From Deltaproteobacteria bacterium (lineage in GTDB: Bacteria > Desulfobacterota > Binatia > UTPRO1): a stretch of 64,000 nucleotides of DNA. The stretch is taken from NCBI GenBank assembly GCA_020852955.1, contig JADYZW010000022.1, forward strand, positions 10,468 to 74,467, read 5' to 3'. Below the pieces are notes generated by a model. It was given only the letters and a program-made list of their open reading frames with translations. It was not told where the DNA came from and ran no database searches. This document shows, one piece after another, positions 1 through 9,234 of the stretch. Within the stretch, counting starts at the first letter, position 1, and the number at the start of each line of letters is the position of its first letter. A program made the position numbers and the translations under genes.

Positions 1-80
1 TCGGCCTCGTCGCCTCCGACCTTCCCGCGGAGCTCCCGGCCACGATGCGCGACCTGCTGCGTCTGGCGGCGGACGCGTGA
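1..80 (+). CDS. 3' end of an upstream CDS running off the window edge (product unknown)
   Basis: Open frame from nt 3 (...GLVASDLPAELPATMRDLLRLAADA*). Its TGA at 78-80 overlaps the GTG start of tsaE (GTGA), the same coupling style as the rest of the array. Confidence 0.3.
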   Translation, partial: GLVASDLPAELPATMRDLLRLAADA

Positions 81-553
81 CCGGGATCGCCACCCTCGCG
101 CTCACGGCCGACACGGTCGAGGCGACGGAGGCGATCGGCCGCCGCCTCGGTCGCCTCGTCGCGCCCGGAGATGCCGTGGCCCTCGTCGGAGACCTCGGCG
201 CCGGCAAGACGGCCTTCGTCCGCGGTCTCGCCGCCGGGCTCGACGTGCCGCCCCACATGGTCGCGAGCCCGACCTTCACCATGATCGCGGAGTACCAGGG
301 CGGCCGGCTGCCGCTCTTCCACATCGATCTGTACCGCCTCGAGCCTGGGGCTCCCGACCTGCCGGTCCTCGAGGAGTACGTCCACGGCGCCGGAGTCACG
401 GCGATCGAGTGGGCCGACCGGCTGCCGCCCGGCGCGCTGGATGCCGGGCTCTCGGTTCGGATAGAGTACGTCGATCCGGGGCGCCGGCTGACCTTCGATG
501 GGCAGGGAATCCGCGCCGCAACGCTGGTCGCCGCGCTCGCCTCCGGGACCTGA
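77..553 (+). CDS. tsaE: tRNA t6A37 biosynthesis ATPase TsaE (YjeE family)
   Basis: 158 aa. P-loop GDLGAGKT, then ASPTFT..EY and HIDLYRL blocks. Size and motifs are typical of TsaE. Confidence 0.9.
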   Translation: MTGIATLALTADTVEATEAIGRRLGRLVAPGDAVALVGDLGAGKTAFVRGLAAGLDVPPHMVASPTFTMIAEYQGGRLPLFHIDLYRLEPGAPDLPVLEEYVHGAGVTAIEWADRLPPGALDAGLSVRIEYVDPGRRLTFDGQGIRAATLVAALASGT

Positions 554-556
554 CTC

Positions 557-1783
557 ATGAGCCTGATCGTCCAGAAATACGGCGGCACTTCCGTCGCCGA
601 TGTCGAGCGAATTCGCAATGTTGGGCGCCGCGTGGCGGCGACCAGACAGGGCGGGAACGACGTCGTGGTGGTGGTCTCGGCGATGGCCGGCGAGACCAAC
701 CGGCTCCTCGCCCTGGCCAAGGCCATGTGCACCGACCCCGACCGCCGCGAGTCCGACGTGCTGGTCTCGACCGGCGAACAGGTGACGACGGCGCTCCTCG
801 CCATGTGTCTCAACCACGGCGGCGCACCCGCCGTCTCGCTCCAGGGCCACCAGATCCGCATCCTGACCGACCGAGCCTACGGCAAGGCGCGTATCCGGAG
901 CATCGACGACGGTCGCATCCGGACCGAGCTCGCGGCCGGGCGCGTCGTCGTTATCGCTGGCTTCCAGGGCGTCGACGGAGAGGACAACATCACGACCCTC
1001 GGCCGCGGCGGCTCCGACACGAGCGCCGTCGCGCTCGCAGCGGCGTTGAACGCCGACAGTTGCGAGATCTACACCGACGTCGACGGCGTCTACACGAGCG
1101 ACCCGCGCATCGTCCCGGACGCGCGCAAGCTCCATCGCGTCTCCTACGACGAGATGCTCGAGCTCGCGAGCCTCGGCGCCAAGGTACTGCAGATCCGCTC
1201 CGTCGAGTTCGCGAAGCGCTATGCCGTCCCCGTGCACGTGCGGTCGAGCTTCACCGACACGGAAGGCACGTGGGTCGTCGCAGAGGAGGCGAGCATGGAA
1301 AACGTCCTGGTGTCCGGAGTGACCTCCGATCGCGACGAGGCGAAGATCACGCTGGTGGGAGTGCCCGATCAGCCCGGCCTCGCCGCCCGCGTCTTCGGCC
1401 CGATCGCCGACGCGAACATCGTCGTCGACATGATCATCCAGAACGCGAGCGCCTCCGGCGCCACGGACCTCACCTTCACCGTCCCGAAGGCCGATTTCCG
1501 TCAGGCGATGGACCTCGTCGAGACGCTGGCGAGGGAGGTCGGCGCGGCGGGCGTTCGCACCGCCGAGGACGTCGCCAAGGTTTCCATCGTCGGACTCGGT
1601 ATGCGGAGCCACGCCGGCGTCGCCGCCAAGATGTTCCGCACCCTCGCCGACGTCGGTATCAATATCCAGATGATCGCGACCTCGGAGATCAAGACCTCGG
1701 TCGTCGTCGACGCCAAGTACGTCGAGCTCGCCGTGCGCGTGTTGCACGACGCCTTCATCGCGCCGAAGGAGCCGGCGGCATGA
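557..1783 (+). CDS. lysC: aspartate kinase
   Basis: 408 aa. N-terminal [10 protein letters not shown] kinase motif, GRGGSDTSA block, C-terminal ACT-like repeats. ATG lies 3 nt after the tsaE stop. Confidence 0.95.
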   Translation: MSLIVQKYGGTSVADVERIRNVGRRVAATRQGGNDVVVVVSAMAGETNRLLALAKAMCTDPDRRESDVLVSTGEQVTTALLAMCLNHGGAPAVSLQGHQIRILTDRAYGKARIRSIDDGRIRTELAAGRVVVIAGFQGVDGEDNITTLGRGGSDTSAVALAAALNADSCEIYTDVDGVYTSDPRIVPDARKLHRVSYDEMLELASLGAKVLQIRSVEFAKRYAVPVHVRSSFTDTEGTWVVAEEASMENVLVSGVTSDRDEAKITLVGVPDQPGLAARVFGPIADANIVVDMIIQNASASGATDLTFTVPKADFRQAMDLVETLAREVGAAGVRTAEDVAKVSIVGLGMRSHAGVAAKMFRTLADVGINIQMIATSEIKTSVVVDAKYVELAVRVLHDAFIAPKEPAA

Positions 1784-3414
1784 CGGCGATCCAGGTCTAC
1801 GACACCACCCTCCGCGACGGCTGCCAGGCCGAGGACATCACCTTCACCCTCGACGACAAGCTGCGGATCGCGGAGCGCCTCGACGCCTTCGGGATCCACT
1901 ACGTCGAGGGCGGGTGGCCGGGGTCGAATCCGCGCGACGCCGCGTTCTTCGCGGAGGCAAAGAAGCTCCGCCTGACGCACGCCAGGATCGCGGCGTTCGG
2001 ATCGACGCGGCGCTACGGCGTCACCTGCGACGTCGACCCGAACGTCCGCATGCTCCTCGCCGCCGAGACGCCGGTCGTGACGATCGTCGGCCGCACCTGG
2101 GACGTGCCGGTCGAGCACGATCTCCGCGTGCCCCTGGACGCGAACCTCGAGATCATCGACGACACCGTTCGCCACCTGCGCGCGCGCGTCGACGAAGTGA
2201 TCTTCGACGCCGAGCACTTCTTCGACGGCTACCGCTCCAACCCCGGGTACGCGCTCGCGTGCCTGCGGACAGCGGCCGAGGCGGGCGCGACGCTGCTCTG
2301 TCTATGCGACACACGCGGGGGCAGCGTACCGACCTTCGTCGGCGCGGCGACGCGCGCCGCGCGGTCCGCCGTCGCCGCCCCGCTCGGCATTCACTGCCAC
2401 AACGACGCCGAGCTCGCGGTCGCGAACTCGCTGGCCGCGGTGGAGGCGGGCGCCGTGCAGGTCCAGGGCGTGATCAACGGCTTCGGGGAGCGTTGCGGAA
2501 ACGCCAATCTCTGCTCCATCATCGCCAACCTCCAGCTGAAACTCGGGCATACGTGCGTTCCCGCCGGATCGCTCGCGACGCTCCAACAGCTCTCGCACTT
2601 CATCGACGAGCTCGCGAACCGCGAGCCCGATAAGCGCCAGGCGTACGTCGGCCTCTCGGCCTTCGCGCACAAGGGCGGCCTGCACGTCGCGGCCGTGCAG
2701 CGCCGGCGCGACATCTACGAGCACATCGATCCCGCGCTCGTCGGGAACCACCAGCGCGTGCTGCTCTCCGATCTCTCGGGCCGCAGCAACATCGTCTACA
2801 AGGCGCGCGAGTTCGGCATCGACCTCGACAGCCGCGATCCCGCGATCGTGCAGCTGCTCGCCGACCTCAAAGATCTCGAGAGCCGCGGCTATCAATACGA
2901 GGGCGCCGAGGCGAGCTTCGAGCTCCTCATGCAACGGGCGCTGCACGGCTACGAGCGCCGCTTCCGCCTGATCGGCTTCCGCGTGATCGACGAGAAGCGC
3001 CTCGAGAACGAGCCGCCGCTCTCCGAAGCGACCATCATGCTCGCCGGCCCCGACGGGAAGATGGAGCACACGGCCGCGACCGGCAACGGTCCGGTCCAGG
3101 CGCTCGACGGCGCGCTCCGCAAAGCTCTGATCCAGTTCTTCCCGGAGATCCAGGAGGTCGCGCTCCACGACTTCAAGGTGCGCGTGCTCGGCAGCGACGG
3201 CGGCGTCGGGGCGATCGTCCGCGTGCTGATCGAGTCGGGCGACGCGCACGACCGTTGGGGCACGGTCGGTGTGTCCCACAACCTCATCGAAGCGAGCTGG
3301 CAGGCCCTCGTCGATGCGCTCGACTACAAGCTCTACAAGGACTGCAAGCAGACGACGGCCTCCGACCGGGCGGGAGCACCCGAGCCCCGGCGCGCCGCCC
3401 GGGCCGAGGCCTGA
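1780..3414 (+). CDS. cimA: (R)-citramalate synthase (LeuA/CimA family)
   Basis: Inner ATG of the 409..3414 ORF, overlapping the lysC stop (ATGA). 544 aa. [15 protein letters not shown]-like barrel plus a C-terminal LeuA-type regulatory domain. Length and overall sequence fit the long bacterial CimA type, but CimA and LeuA cannot be fully separated by eye. Confidence 0.8.
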   Translation: MTAIQVYDTTLRDGCQAEDITFTLDDKLRIAERLDAFGIHYVEGGWPGSNPRDAAFFAEAKKLRLTHARIAAFGSTRRYGVTCDVDPNVRMLLAAETPVVTIVGRTWDVPVEHDLRVPLDANLEIIDDTVRHLRARVDEVIFDAEHFFDGYRSNPGYALACLRTAAEAGATLLCLCDTRGGSVPTFVGAATRAARSAVAAPLGIHCHNDAELAVANSLAAVEAGAVQVQGVINGFGERCGNANLCSIIANLQLKLGHTCVPAGSLATLQQLSHFIDELANREPDKRQAYVGLSAFAHKGGLHVAAVQRRRDIYEHIDPALVGNHQRVLLSDLSGRSNIVYKAREFGIDLDSRDPAIVQLLADLKDLESRGYQYEGAEASFELLMQRALHGYERRFRLIGFRVIDEKRLENEPPLSEATIMLAGPDGKMEHTAATGNGPVQALDGALRKALIQFFPEIQEVALHDFKVRVLGSDGGVGAIVRVLIESGDAHDRWGTVGVSHNLIEASWQALVDALDYKLYKDCKQTTASDRAGAPEPRRAARAEA

Positions 3415-4157
3415 TGCCGAGCACCACCTGGGAGCGCATCAAGGAGGACGTGCGGGTCGTCTTCGACCGCGATCCCGCCGCACGCTCGACCCTCGAGATC
3501 CTGCTGACCTACCCGGGCGTGCACGCGCTCTTCTTCTACCGTGTCGCGCACTGGCTCTGGCGGCGCGACGCGAAGCTCCTCGCCCGCTTCCTTTCCAACG
3601 TCGGGCGCTTCTTCACCGGCATCGACATCCATCCCGGCGCCACCATCGGCCGCCGCCTCTTCATCGACCACGGCATGGGCACCGTCATCGGCGAGACCAC
3701 CGACATCGCCGATGACGTCACGCTCTACCAGGGCGTCACCCTCGGCGGCACGAGCCTCAACAAGGGGAAGCGGCACCCCACGATCGAGGATCACGTCGTC
3801 ATCACGACCGGCGCCACCGTCCTCGGTCCGGTGACGATCGGTTCGCGCAGCCGCATCGGCGCGGGCTCGGTCGTGATCCACGCCGTGCCGCCCGACGCGA
3901 CCGTCGTCGGCATCCCGGGGCGCGTCGTCCGTCGCGACGGGTTCGCGCGCACCCCTGGCCTCGAGCTCGTCGACCTCGACCACGGCGACCTTCCCGATCC
4001 GGTCGCGCGCGCCATCTCGATCCTCGTGAGCCACGTCGAGAAGCTCGAGCGCACGCTCGAGGAGCACCTGGCGCGCACCCAGGGCGCCGCCGATCAGCGC
4101 CCGAGCCCCGACGACGAGGACCTCGAACGCGTAAAGGCGTTCTTGAGCGAAGGATGA
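3414..4157 (+). CDS. cysE: serine O-acetyltransferase
   Basis: Inner ATG at 3414 overlaps the cimA TGA. 247 aa. SAT N-terminal helices (YRVAHWLW) and hexapeptide core [28 protein letters not shown]. Confidence 0.9.
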   Translation: MPSTTWERIKEDVRVVFDRDPAARSTLEILLTYPGVHALFFYRVAHWLWRRDAKLLARFLSNVGRFFTGIDIHPGATIGRRLFIDHGMGTVIGETTDIADDVTLYQGVTLGGTSLNKGKRHPTIEDHVVITTGATVLGPVTIGSRSRIGAGSVVIHAVPPDATVVGIPGRVVRRDGFARTPGLELVDLDHGDLPDPVARAISILVSHVEKLERTLEEHLARTQGAADQRPSPDDEDLERVKAFLSEG

Positions 4158-5320
4158 CGGCCGTCTACGCGGACTACGCCGCGGCCGCGCCCCTCCGTCC
4201 GGAAGCGCACGCCGCCGTGCTCGAAGCCCTCGACGCCGGGCTCGGCAATCCGTCGAGCGCGCACGACGCCGGGCGCCGGGCGCGCGCGCGGCTCGAAGCC
4301 GCGCGCGAGGAGGTCGCGGCGGCGCTCGGCGCCCACCCGCTCGAGATCGTATTCACGAGCGGCGCGACCGAAGCGAACAACCTCGCGCTCGCCGGGGTCG
4401 CGGCGGCGCGCGCGCTACCGATCCGCATCGCCGTCCCGGCGACCGAGCACGCGTCCGTCCTGGCGCCCGCCCGCGCGCTCGCGGCCCGCGACCACGTGCT
4501 GATCGCGCTCCCCGTGGACGCAACCGGCCGCACCGCGCCGGCGGCGGTCGCGACGGCCCGTCCGGATCTGGTTTCGGCCGCGCTGGTGAACGCGGAGACA
4601 GGCGTCGTCCAGGACGTCGCCGCCTTCGCGGCCGCGGCCCGGGCGCACGGCGCCGTCGTCCACGTCGATGCCGCGCAGGCGCCGGCCTTCGTGCCGGTCA
4701 CGGTCGCAGCGCTCGGCGCCGACCTCGTCACCCTCTCGAGCGTGAAGCTCGGCGGGCCGGCCGGCGCCGGCGCACTCTGGATCCGGCGCGGCACGGCCGT
4801 CGTGCCCCTGGCGCACGGCGGCCCGCAGGAGCAGCGGCTCCGCGCCGGCGGCGAGAACGTGGTCGCGGTCACCGGCTTCGCCACGGCGCTGGCATTGGCC
4901 GTCGCCGAACGCGAACGCGAGGTCGCGCGGCTCGGCACCCTCCGAACGCGGCTCAGGGCCGGCATCGCGGCGGCCTGGCCTGGCGCGCGCTTCACGCTCG
5001 CGCCCGACGTCCCGTCGACGCCCCACGTCGTGAGCGTCGTGCTCCCGGGGATCGTCGGCGAGGACGTCGTCGCCGCGCTCGACCTCGAAGGCATCGCGGC
5101 GTCGACGGGCGCCGCCTGCGCGGCCGGCGCCGCCGAGCCGTCGCACGTCCTCGTCGCCATGGGCCGCACGGCCGAAGAAGCGCGCGGCGCGCTGCGTTTG
5201 AGCCTCGGTTGGGCCAGCACCGCCCACGACGTCGACGCCATCGTCGCAGCCCTCGGCCGGCTCCGCGCCCGCGTCGCCCGACGATCCGAGGAGGCGGCAT
5301 GGCCGGCCCTCGGATCGTAG
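4154..5320 (+). CDS. cysteine desulfurase (NifS/IscS/YrvO-like, class V aminotransferase)
   Basis: 388 aa. [18 protein letters not shown]-lysine context SSVKLGGP, catalytic Cys loop [13 protein letters not shown] overlap with cysE. Confidence 0.85.
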   Translation: MTAVYADYAAAAPLRPEAHAAVLEALDAGLGNPSSAHDAGRRARARLEAAREEVAAALGAHPLEIVFTSGATEANNLALAGVAAARALPIRIAVPATEHASVLAPARALAARDHVLIALPVDATGRTAPAAVATARPDLVSAALVNAETGVVQDVAAFAAAARAHGAVVHVDAAQAPAFVPVTVAALGADLVTLSSVKLGGPAGAGALWIRRGTAVVPLAHGGPQEQRLRAGGENVVAVTGFATALALAVAEREREVARLGTLRTRLRAGIAAAWPGARFTLAPDVPSTPHVVSVVLPGIVGEDVVAALDLEGIAASTGAACAAGAAEPSHVLVAMGRTAEEARGALRLSLGWASTAHDVDAIVAALGRLRARVARRSEEAAWPALGS

Positions 5321-6381
5321 TCGCCATGAGCGGCGGCGTGGACAGCTCCGTCGCCGCGGCGCTCCTGAAAGCCCAGGGCTTCGACGTCATCGGCGTCTCG
5401 ATGCAGCTCTCCGCCACCCCTGCGGCCACGGTGCGGGCGGGGCAGGGCTGCTGCTCGCTCGAGGACTTCCGCGACGCCCGCCGCGTCGCCGAGCGTCTCG
5501 CCATCCCGTACTACGTCTGGAACCTCACCGATACCTTCCGCGCCCGCGTGACCGACGTCTTCGCCTCCGAGTACGTCCGCGGCCGGACGCCGAATCCGTG
5601 CGTCCTCTGCAACCGCGACCTCAAGTTTGACGAGCTCCGCACGCGCGCGGGCGCGCTCGGCGCCGCCCTGGTCGCGACCGGCCACTACGCGCGCATCCTC
5701 CGGGAGGACGACGGGCGCTTCCGGCTGCTGCGCGCCCGCGACGAGCGCAAGGACCAGTCGTACTTTCTGTTCAGCCTCGCCCAGGAGGAGTTGGCGCGGA
5801 CGCGCTTCCCGCTCGGCGACCTCACCAAGGAGGAGGTGCGTCGCCACGCGCGAGCGCTCGGCCTGCCGGTCGCCGAGAAGCCGGAGAGCCAGGAGATCTG
5901 CTTCGTCCCCGACCGCGACTACGCGGGTTGGGTCGAGCGCCACGCGCTCGCCGGCGACCTCAAGCCCGGCGCGATCAAGGACGCCGACGGCCGCACCCTC
6001 GCCGTGCACGGCGGCGTGCACCGCTTCACGGTCGGCCAGCGCCGCCGTCTCGGCATCGGCGACGGCGTCGCGCGCTGGGTGACGCGCATCGACGGCGCGA
6101 CCGGCACGGTGCACGTCGGCGGCCGGGACGCGCTCGCGAACCGCGGCCTCGTCGCCGAGCAGGTGCGATGGACGGCGGGCGCGCCGGTCACGGACGGCGA
6201 CGTCCGGGTGCGCATCCGCCATCGCCACGCGCCCGTCGCGGCGCGCCTCCGCCATACGGCCGACGACCGCGTCGAGGCCTGGTTCGACGAACCGGCGACC
6301 GCCGTGACGCCGGGACAGGCGGCGGTCTTCTACCGCGGCGAGGAAGTGCTCGGCGGCGGCTGGATCGCGGAGGCCCTGTGA
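5299..6381 (+). CDS. mnmA: tRNA 2-thiouridine(34) synthase MnmA
   Basis: Inner ATG at 5299. 360 aa. PP-loop [25 protein letters not shown], and the KDQSYFL block typical of MnmA/TrmU. Confidence 0.93.
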   Translation: MAGPRIVVAMSGGVDSSVAAALLKAQGFDVIGVSMQLSATPAATVRAGQGCCSLEDFRDARRVAERLAIPYYVWNLTDTFRARVTDVFASEYVRGRTPNPCVLCNRDLKFDELRTRAGALGAALVATGHYARILREDDGRFRLLRARDERKDQSYFLFSLAQEELARTRFPLGDLTKEEVRRHARALGLPVAEKPESQEICFVPDRDYAGWVERHALAGDLKPGAIKDADGRTLAVHGGVHRFTVGQRRRLGIGDGVARWVTRIDGATGTVHVGGRDALANRGLVAEQVRWTAGAPVTDGDVRVRIRHRHAPVAARLRHTADDRVEAWFDEPATAVTPGQAAVFYRGEEVLGGGWIAEAL

Positions 6382-7181
6382 GCACGCCGCCCCACACCCA
6401 CCCGATCGAGGAGCGGCTCGGCTACGCGTTCCGCAGCCGGGATCTCCTCGACACCGCGCTCACCCACCGCTCCTTCTCCGCGACCCGCGGAGCGCGCAAC
6501 AACGAGAAGCTCGAGTTCCTCGGCGACGCGGTGCTGGAGCTCGCCGTCAGCGACCTCCTGATGAAGCACTCGCCCCAGCACCACGAGGGTGAGCTCTCGA
6601 AGCTCCGCGCCTCGCTGGTGAACGCACGCGTCCTCGCACAGAAGGCCGTCGCCCTCGGACTCGGCGATCTCGTCAAGCTCGGCAAGGGCGAAGAGAAATC
6701 CGGCGGCCGCAGCAAGGAGTCGATCCTCGCCGCGGCCTTCGAGGCCTTGATCGGCGCCATCTACCTCGACCGCGGGTTCGTCACCGCGCGACGCATCCTC
6801 GCGCGCCAGTTCGCGACCGACATCCGGTCGCGCAGCCCGAGCGCCGTCGAGGACTGCAAGACCAGGCTCCAGGAGATCACCCAGAAGCTCTTCAAGACGA
6901 CGCCGACGTACACGCTCGTCATGGAGACCGGGCCGGACCACGCGAAGCACTTCGTCAGCCAGATCTCGGTCGGCGCCCGCACCTTCGGGCGCGGCGAGGG
7001 TCGGAGCAAGAAGAGCGCGGAGCAGGCGGCGGCCATGGAGGCCCTCGAAGCGCTGCGCGTGGAAGCGCAGGCGGTGGTGCCCCGGCGGGCGAACGTGAGC
7101 GAGACGGGAGGACGCGCGGGCGATGACGGCGCCGGCACGTCACGAGCGGCATCGTCCTCCGGAACGAGAGGTCAGCGATGA
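6378..7181 (+). CDS. rnc: ribonuclease III
   Basis: GTG at 6378 overlaps the mnmA stop (GTGA). 267 aa. RNase III signature NEKLEFLGDAVLEL, C-terminal dsRBD (DHAKHF...GRSKKSAEQAAA), and a roughly 35-aa low-complexity tail. Confidence 0.92.
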   Translation: MSTPPHTHPIEERLGYAFRSRDLLDTALTHRSFSATRGARNNEKLEFLGDAVLELAVSDLLMKHSPQHHEGELSKLRASLVNARVLAQKAVALGLGDLVKLGKGEEKSGGRSKESILAAAFEALIGAIYLDRGFVTARRILARQFATDIRSRSPSAVEDCKTRLQEITQKLFKTTPTYTLVMETGPDHAKHFVSQISVGARTFGRGEGRSKKSAEQAAAMEALEALRVEAQAVVPRRANVSETGGRAGDDGAGTSRAASSSGTRGQR

Positions 7182-8317
7182 TTCCTGTTCCCGCGATTCG
7201 TGTCCGACAGTTCGGCGTCGACTTCTACCAGGCCGTCCTCACCGGCACCGACGTACAGAAGCTCGTCCGCTTCGAGGTGCTCTCCTACGACGCCGGCGTC
7301 GTCGACGCCGGGGTGGCGCAGGGCAAAGGCAAAAAGAAGAAGGTCGCCGCCATCAATTGGGAGCTGCTCGAGAAGCGCATCGCGCGCAGCGCCGAGGCGT
7401 ACCAGCGCCCCGTCATCCGGAAGAAGATCGTCGAGCTGATCGAGTACTACAACCAGTGCGCGGAGGCGGGAAACCTGCCCGCGATCCCCGGCGCCGTGCT
7501 CCTCGTCTCGGAGAAGCGCCTCGACTTCAACGCACTCGGTGGAAACCGCGCCCTCGGCATCCTCCACGTGCCCACCGAGGCGGGCATGTTGCGCGCCCTC
7601 GACGGCCAGCACCGCCTGCTCGCGCTGCACCAGCTCGCCGAAACGCGCCCGATCGGCGACGTGCAGGTGCCCGCCGTCATCTTCGACCGGCTAGCGCCCG
7701 ACCAGGCCGTCGAGATGTTCGTCACGATCAACGCCAAGCACACGAAGCTGAACCCGTCGCACCTCATCAGCCTGGCGGGACGGCGGCTCTACCCCGACAA
7801 GACCCTCGCGACCAGCCACGACATCATCCGCGCGCTCTCCGAGGACGCGGGTTCGCCGCTGCACGGCGAGATCAAGCTCTTCGGCGTCGGCAAGGGCCGG
7901 GTCGCGCAGGCACCCCTCGCCGAGGAGCTCAAGAACATCTTCACCTCGGTGCAGGCCCTCGGCGGCCGCGACGCCGAGCGCTTCCTCGACCAGGCGAAGC
8001 GCTTCTTCCTCAACTACTTCAAGCAGATCTCGCACGTCTTCGCGGCGGCGTGGAACGGGCGGAAGTATTCCATCAAGACCGGCATGGCGCTGCGCGCCTT
8101 CCTGCGCGTCGTCCCGGACGTGATCGCAGCCGCGAAGGCGAATCGCCACGACCCGGCGGACGCCAACGCGATCCGCGAGGTCATCGCACCCTGGGGCGAG
8201 ACGATCGGCGACGCGCGCTTCGAGACCGAAGGGGAGTGGCGCCAGAAGCTCGCCGGCGGTACGAGCAGCACCGTCGATCAGCTCGCGCGCGAGCTACGGG
8301 GAGCCCTGCGGCGTTGA
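7178..8317 (+). CDS. DGQHR domain protein (DndB-like, ParB/sulfiredoxin fold), orphan
   Basis: 379 aa. Ordered family blocks FYQAVLTGTDV, YQRPVIRKKIVELIEYY, LDGQHRLLAL, MFVTINAKHTKLNPSHL. ATG overlaps the rnc stop and the stop overlaps the era start. Confidence 0.8.
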   Translation: MIPVPAIRVRQFGVDFYQAVLTGTDVQKLVRFEVLSYDAGVVDAGVAQGKGKKKKVAAINWELLEKRIARSAEAYQRPVIRKKIVELIEYYNQCAEAGNLPAIPGAVLLVSEKRLDFNALGGNRALGILHVPTEAGMLRALDGQHRLLALHQLAETRPIGDVQVPAVIFDRLAPDQAVEMFVTINAKHTKLNPSHLISLAGRRLYPDKTLATSHDIIRALSEDAGSPLHGEIKLFGVGKGRVAQAPLAEELKNIFTSVQALGGRDAERFLDQAKRFFLNYFKQISHVFAAAWNGRKYSIKTGMALRAFLRVVPDVIAAAKANRHDPADANAIREVIAPWGETIGDARFETEGEWRQKLAGGTSSTVDQLARELRGALRR

Positions 8318-9213
8318 GCGATCCCGCGACACAGAACCGGCGGGCGGGCTTCATCGCGCTCGTCGGACGCCCGAACGTCGGGAAGTCCACCTTGCTGAAC
8401 CAGGTCGTCGGAACGACGCTCGCCGCCGTCGCCAACAAGCCGCAGACGACCCGCAACCGCATCGTCGGCATCCTGCACCGGGAGCGGGCGCAGCTCGTCT
8501 TCGTCGACACGCCCGGCATCCACCATCCCAAGACGCCGATGAACGCCCGCCTCGTCAGCACCGCGCGCCAGGCGCTCGGAGACGCCGACGTGGTCGTCCT
8601 CGTCCTCGATGCCGCGGCCGGCGTCACCGCAGCCGATCGCCACGTCGCGGCCGACGTCCGGGGGCGGCCCCGGACGGTGATCGCGCTCACCAAGGCCGAC
8701 CTCGTCTCGCGGAACGCGCTCATCCCCGCGTGCGCCGCGGCCCAGGCCCTCCTGCCGGACGCCGAGCTCGTCCCGGTCAGCGGCAAGACCGGCGACAACG
8801 TGGAGCGCCTGCTCGAGGTGCTGACGGCGAAGCTCCCCACGGGGCCGCCGCTCTACCCGCCGGATCAGGTGACCGAGCAGAGCGAGCGCTTCCTCGCCGC
8901 CGAGATCGTCCGCGAGAAGGTCATCGCCCAGACACGCGACGAGGTTCCCTACACGACGGCGGTCGTCGTCGAGGCGTTCCGCGAGGAGCCCGCGCGCCAC
9001 CTCGTCGTCATCACCGCCAGCGTGATCGTCGAGCGCGACAGCCAGAAGGGCATCGTCATCGGCGAGCGCGGGCAGCGGATCCGCGACATCGGGAAGGCCG
9101 CACGCCTCTCGCTGGAACGGCGCTTCGGCTGCCGGATCTATCTCGAGCTGCACGTGAAGGTCGTGCCGGAGTGGAGCCGCAACCCGAGGATGCTGGGTGA
9201 GCTCGGGATCTGA
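8314..9213 (+). CDS. era: GTPase Era
   Basis: TTG start at 8314, in frame within the 7123..9213 ORF. 299 aa. G1 GRPNVGKST, DTPG, TKAD, C-terminal KH domain. Confidence 0.92.
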   Translation: MSDPATQNRRAGFIALVGRPNVGKSTLLNQVVGTTLAAVANKPQTTRNRIVGILHRERAQLVFVDTPGIHHPKTPMNARLVSTARQALGDADVVVLVLDAAAGVTAADRHVAADVRGRPRTVIALTKADLVSRNALIPACAAAQALLPDAELVPVSGKTGDNVERLLEVLTAKLPTGPPLYPPDQVTEQSERFLAAEIVREKVIAQTRDEVPYTTAVVVEAFREEPARHLVVITASVIVERDSQKGIVIGERGQRIRDIGKAARLSLERRFGCRIYLELHVKVVPEWSRNPRMLGELGI

Positions 9214-9234
9214 CGCGCGCGCGGCGGATCCGCG

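Noticed and set aside
554-556. Lysine riboswitch / leader upstream of lysC
   Set aside because: Only 3 nt separate tsaE and lysC, so there is no room for a leader RNA. Regulation must be at another level.
409-1779. N-terminal 457 codons of the 1001-aa ORF 409..3414
   Set aside because: This part is out of frame with and overlaps tsaE and lysC, and is Arg/Pro-rich nonsense. The recognisable citramalate synthase begins at the ATG at 1780. The same logic trimmed ORFs 3255.., 5209.., 5928.., 7123.., 10368.., 15877.., 24550.., 24980.., 26826.., 27377.., 54234.. to inner starts.
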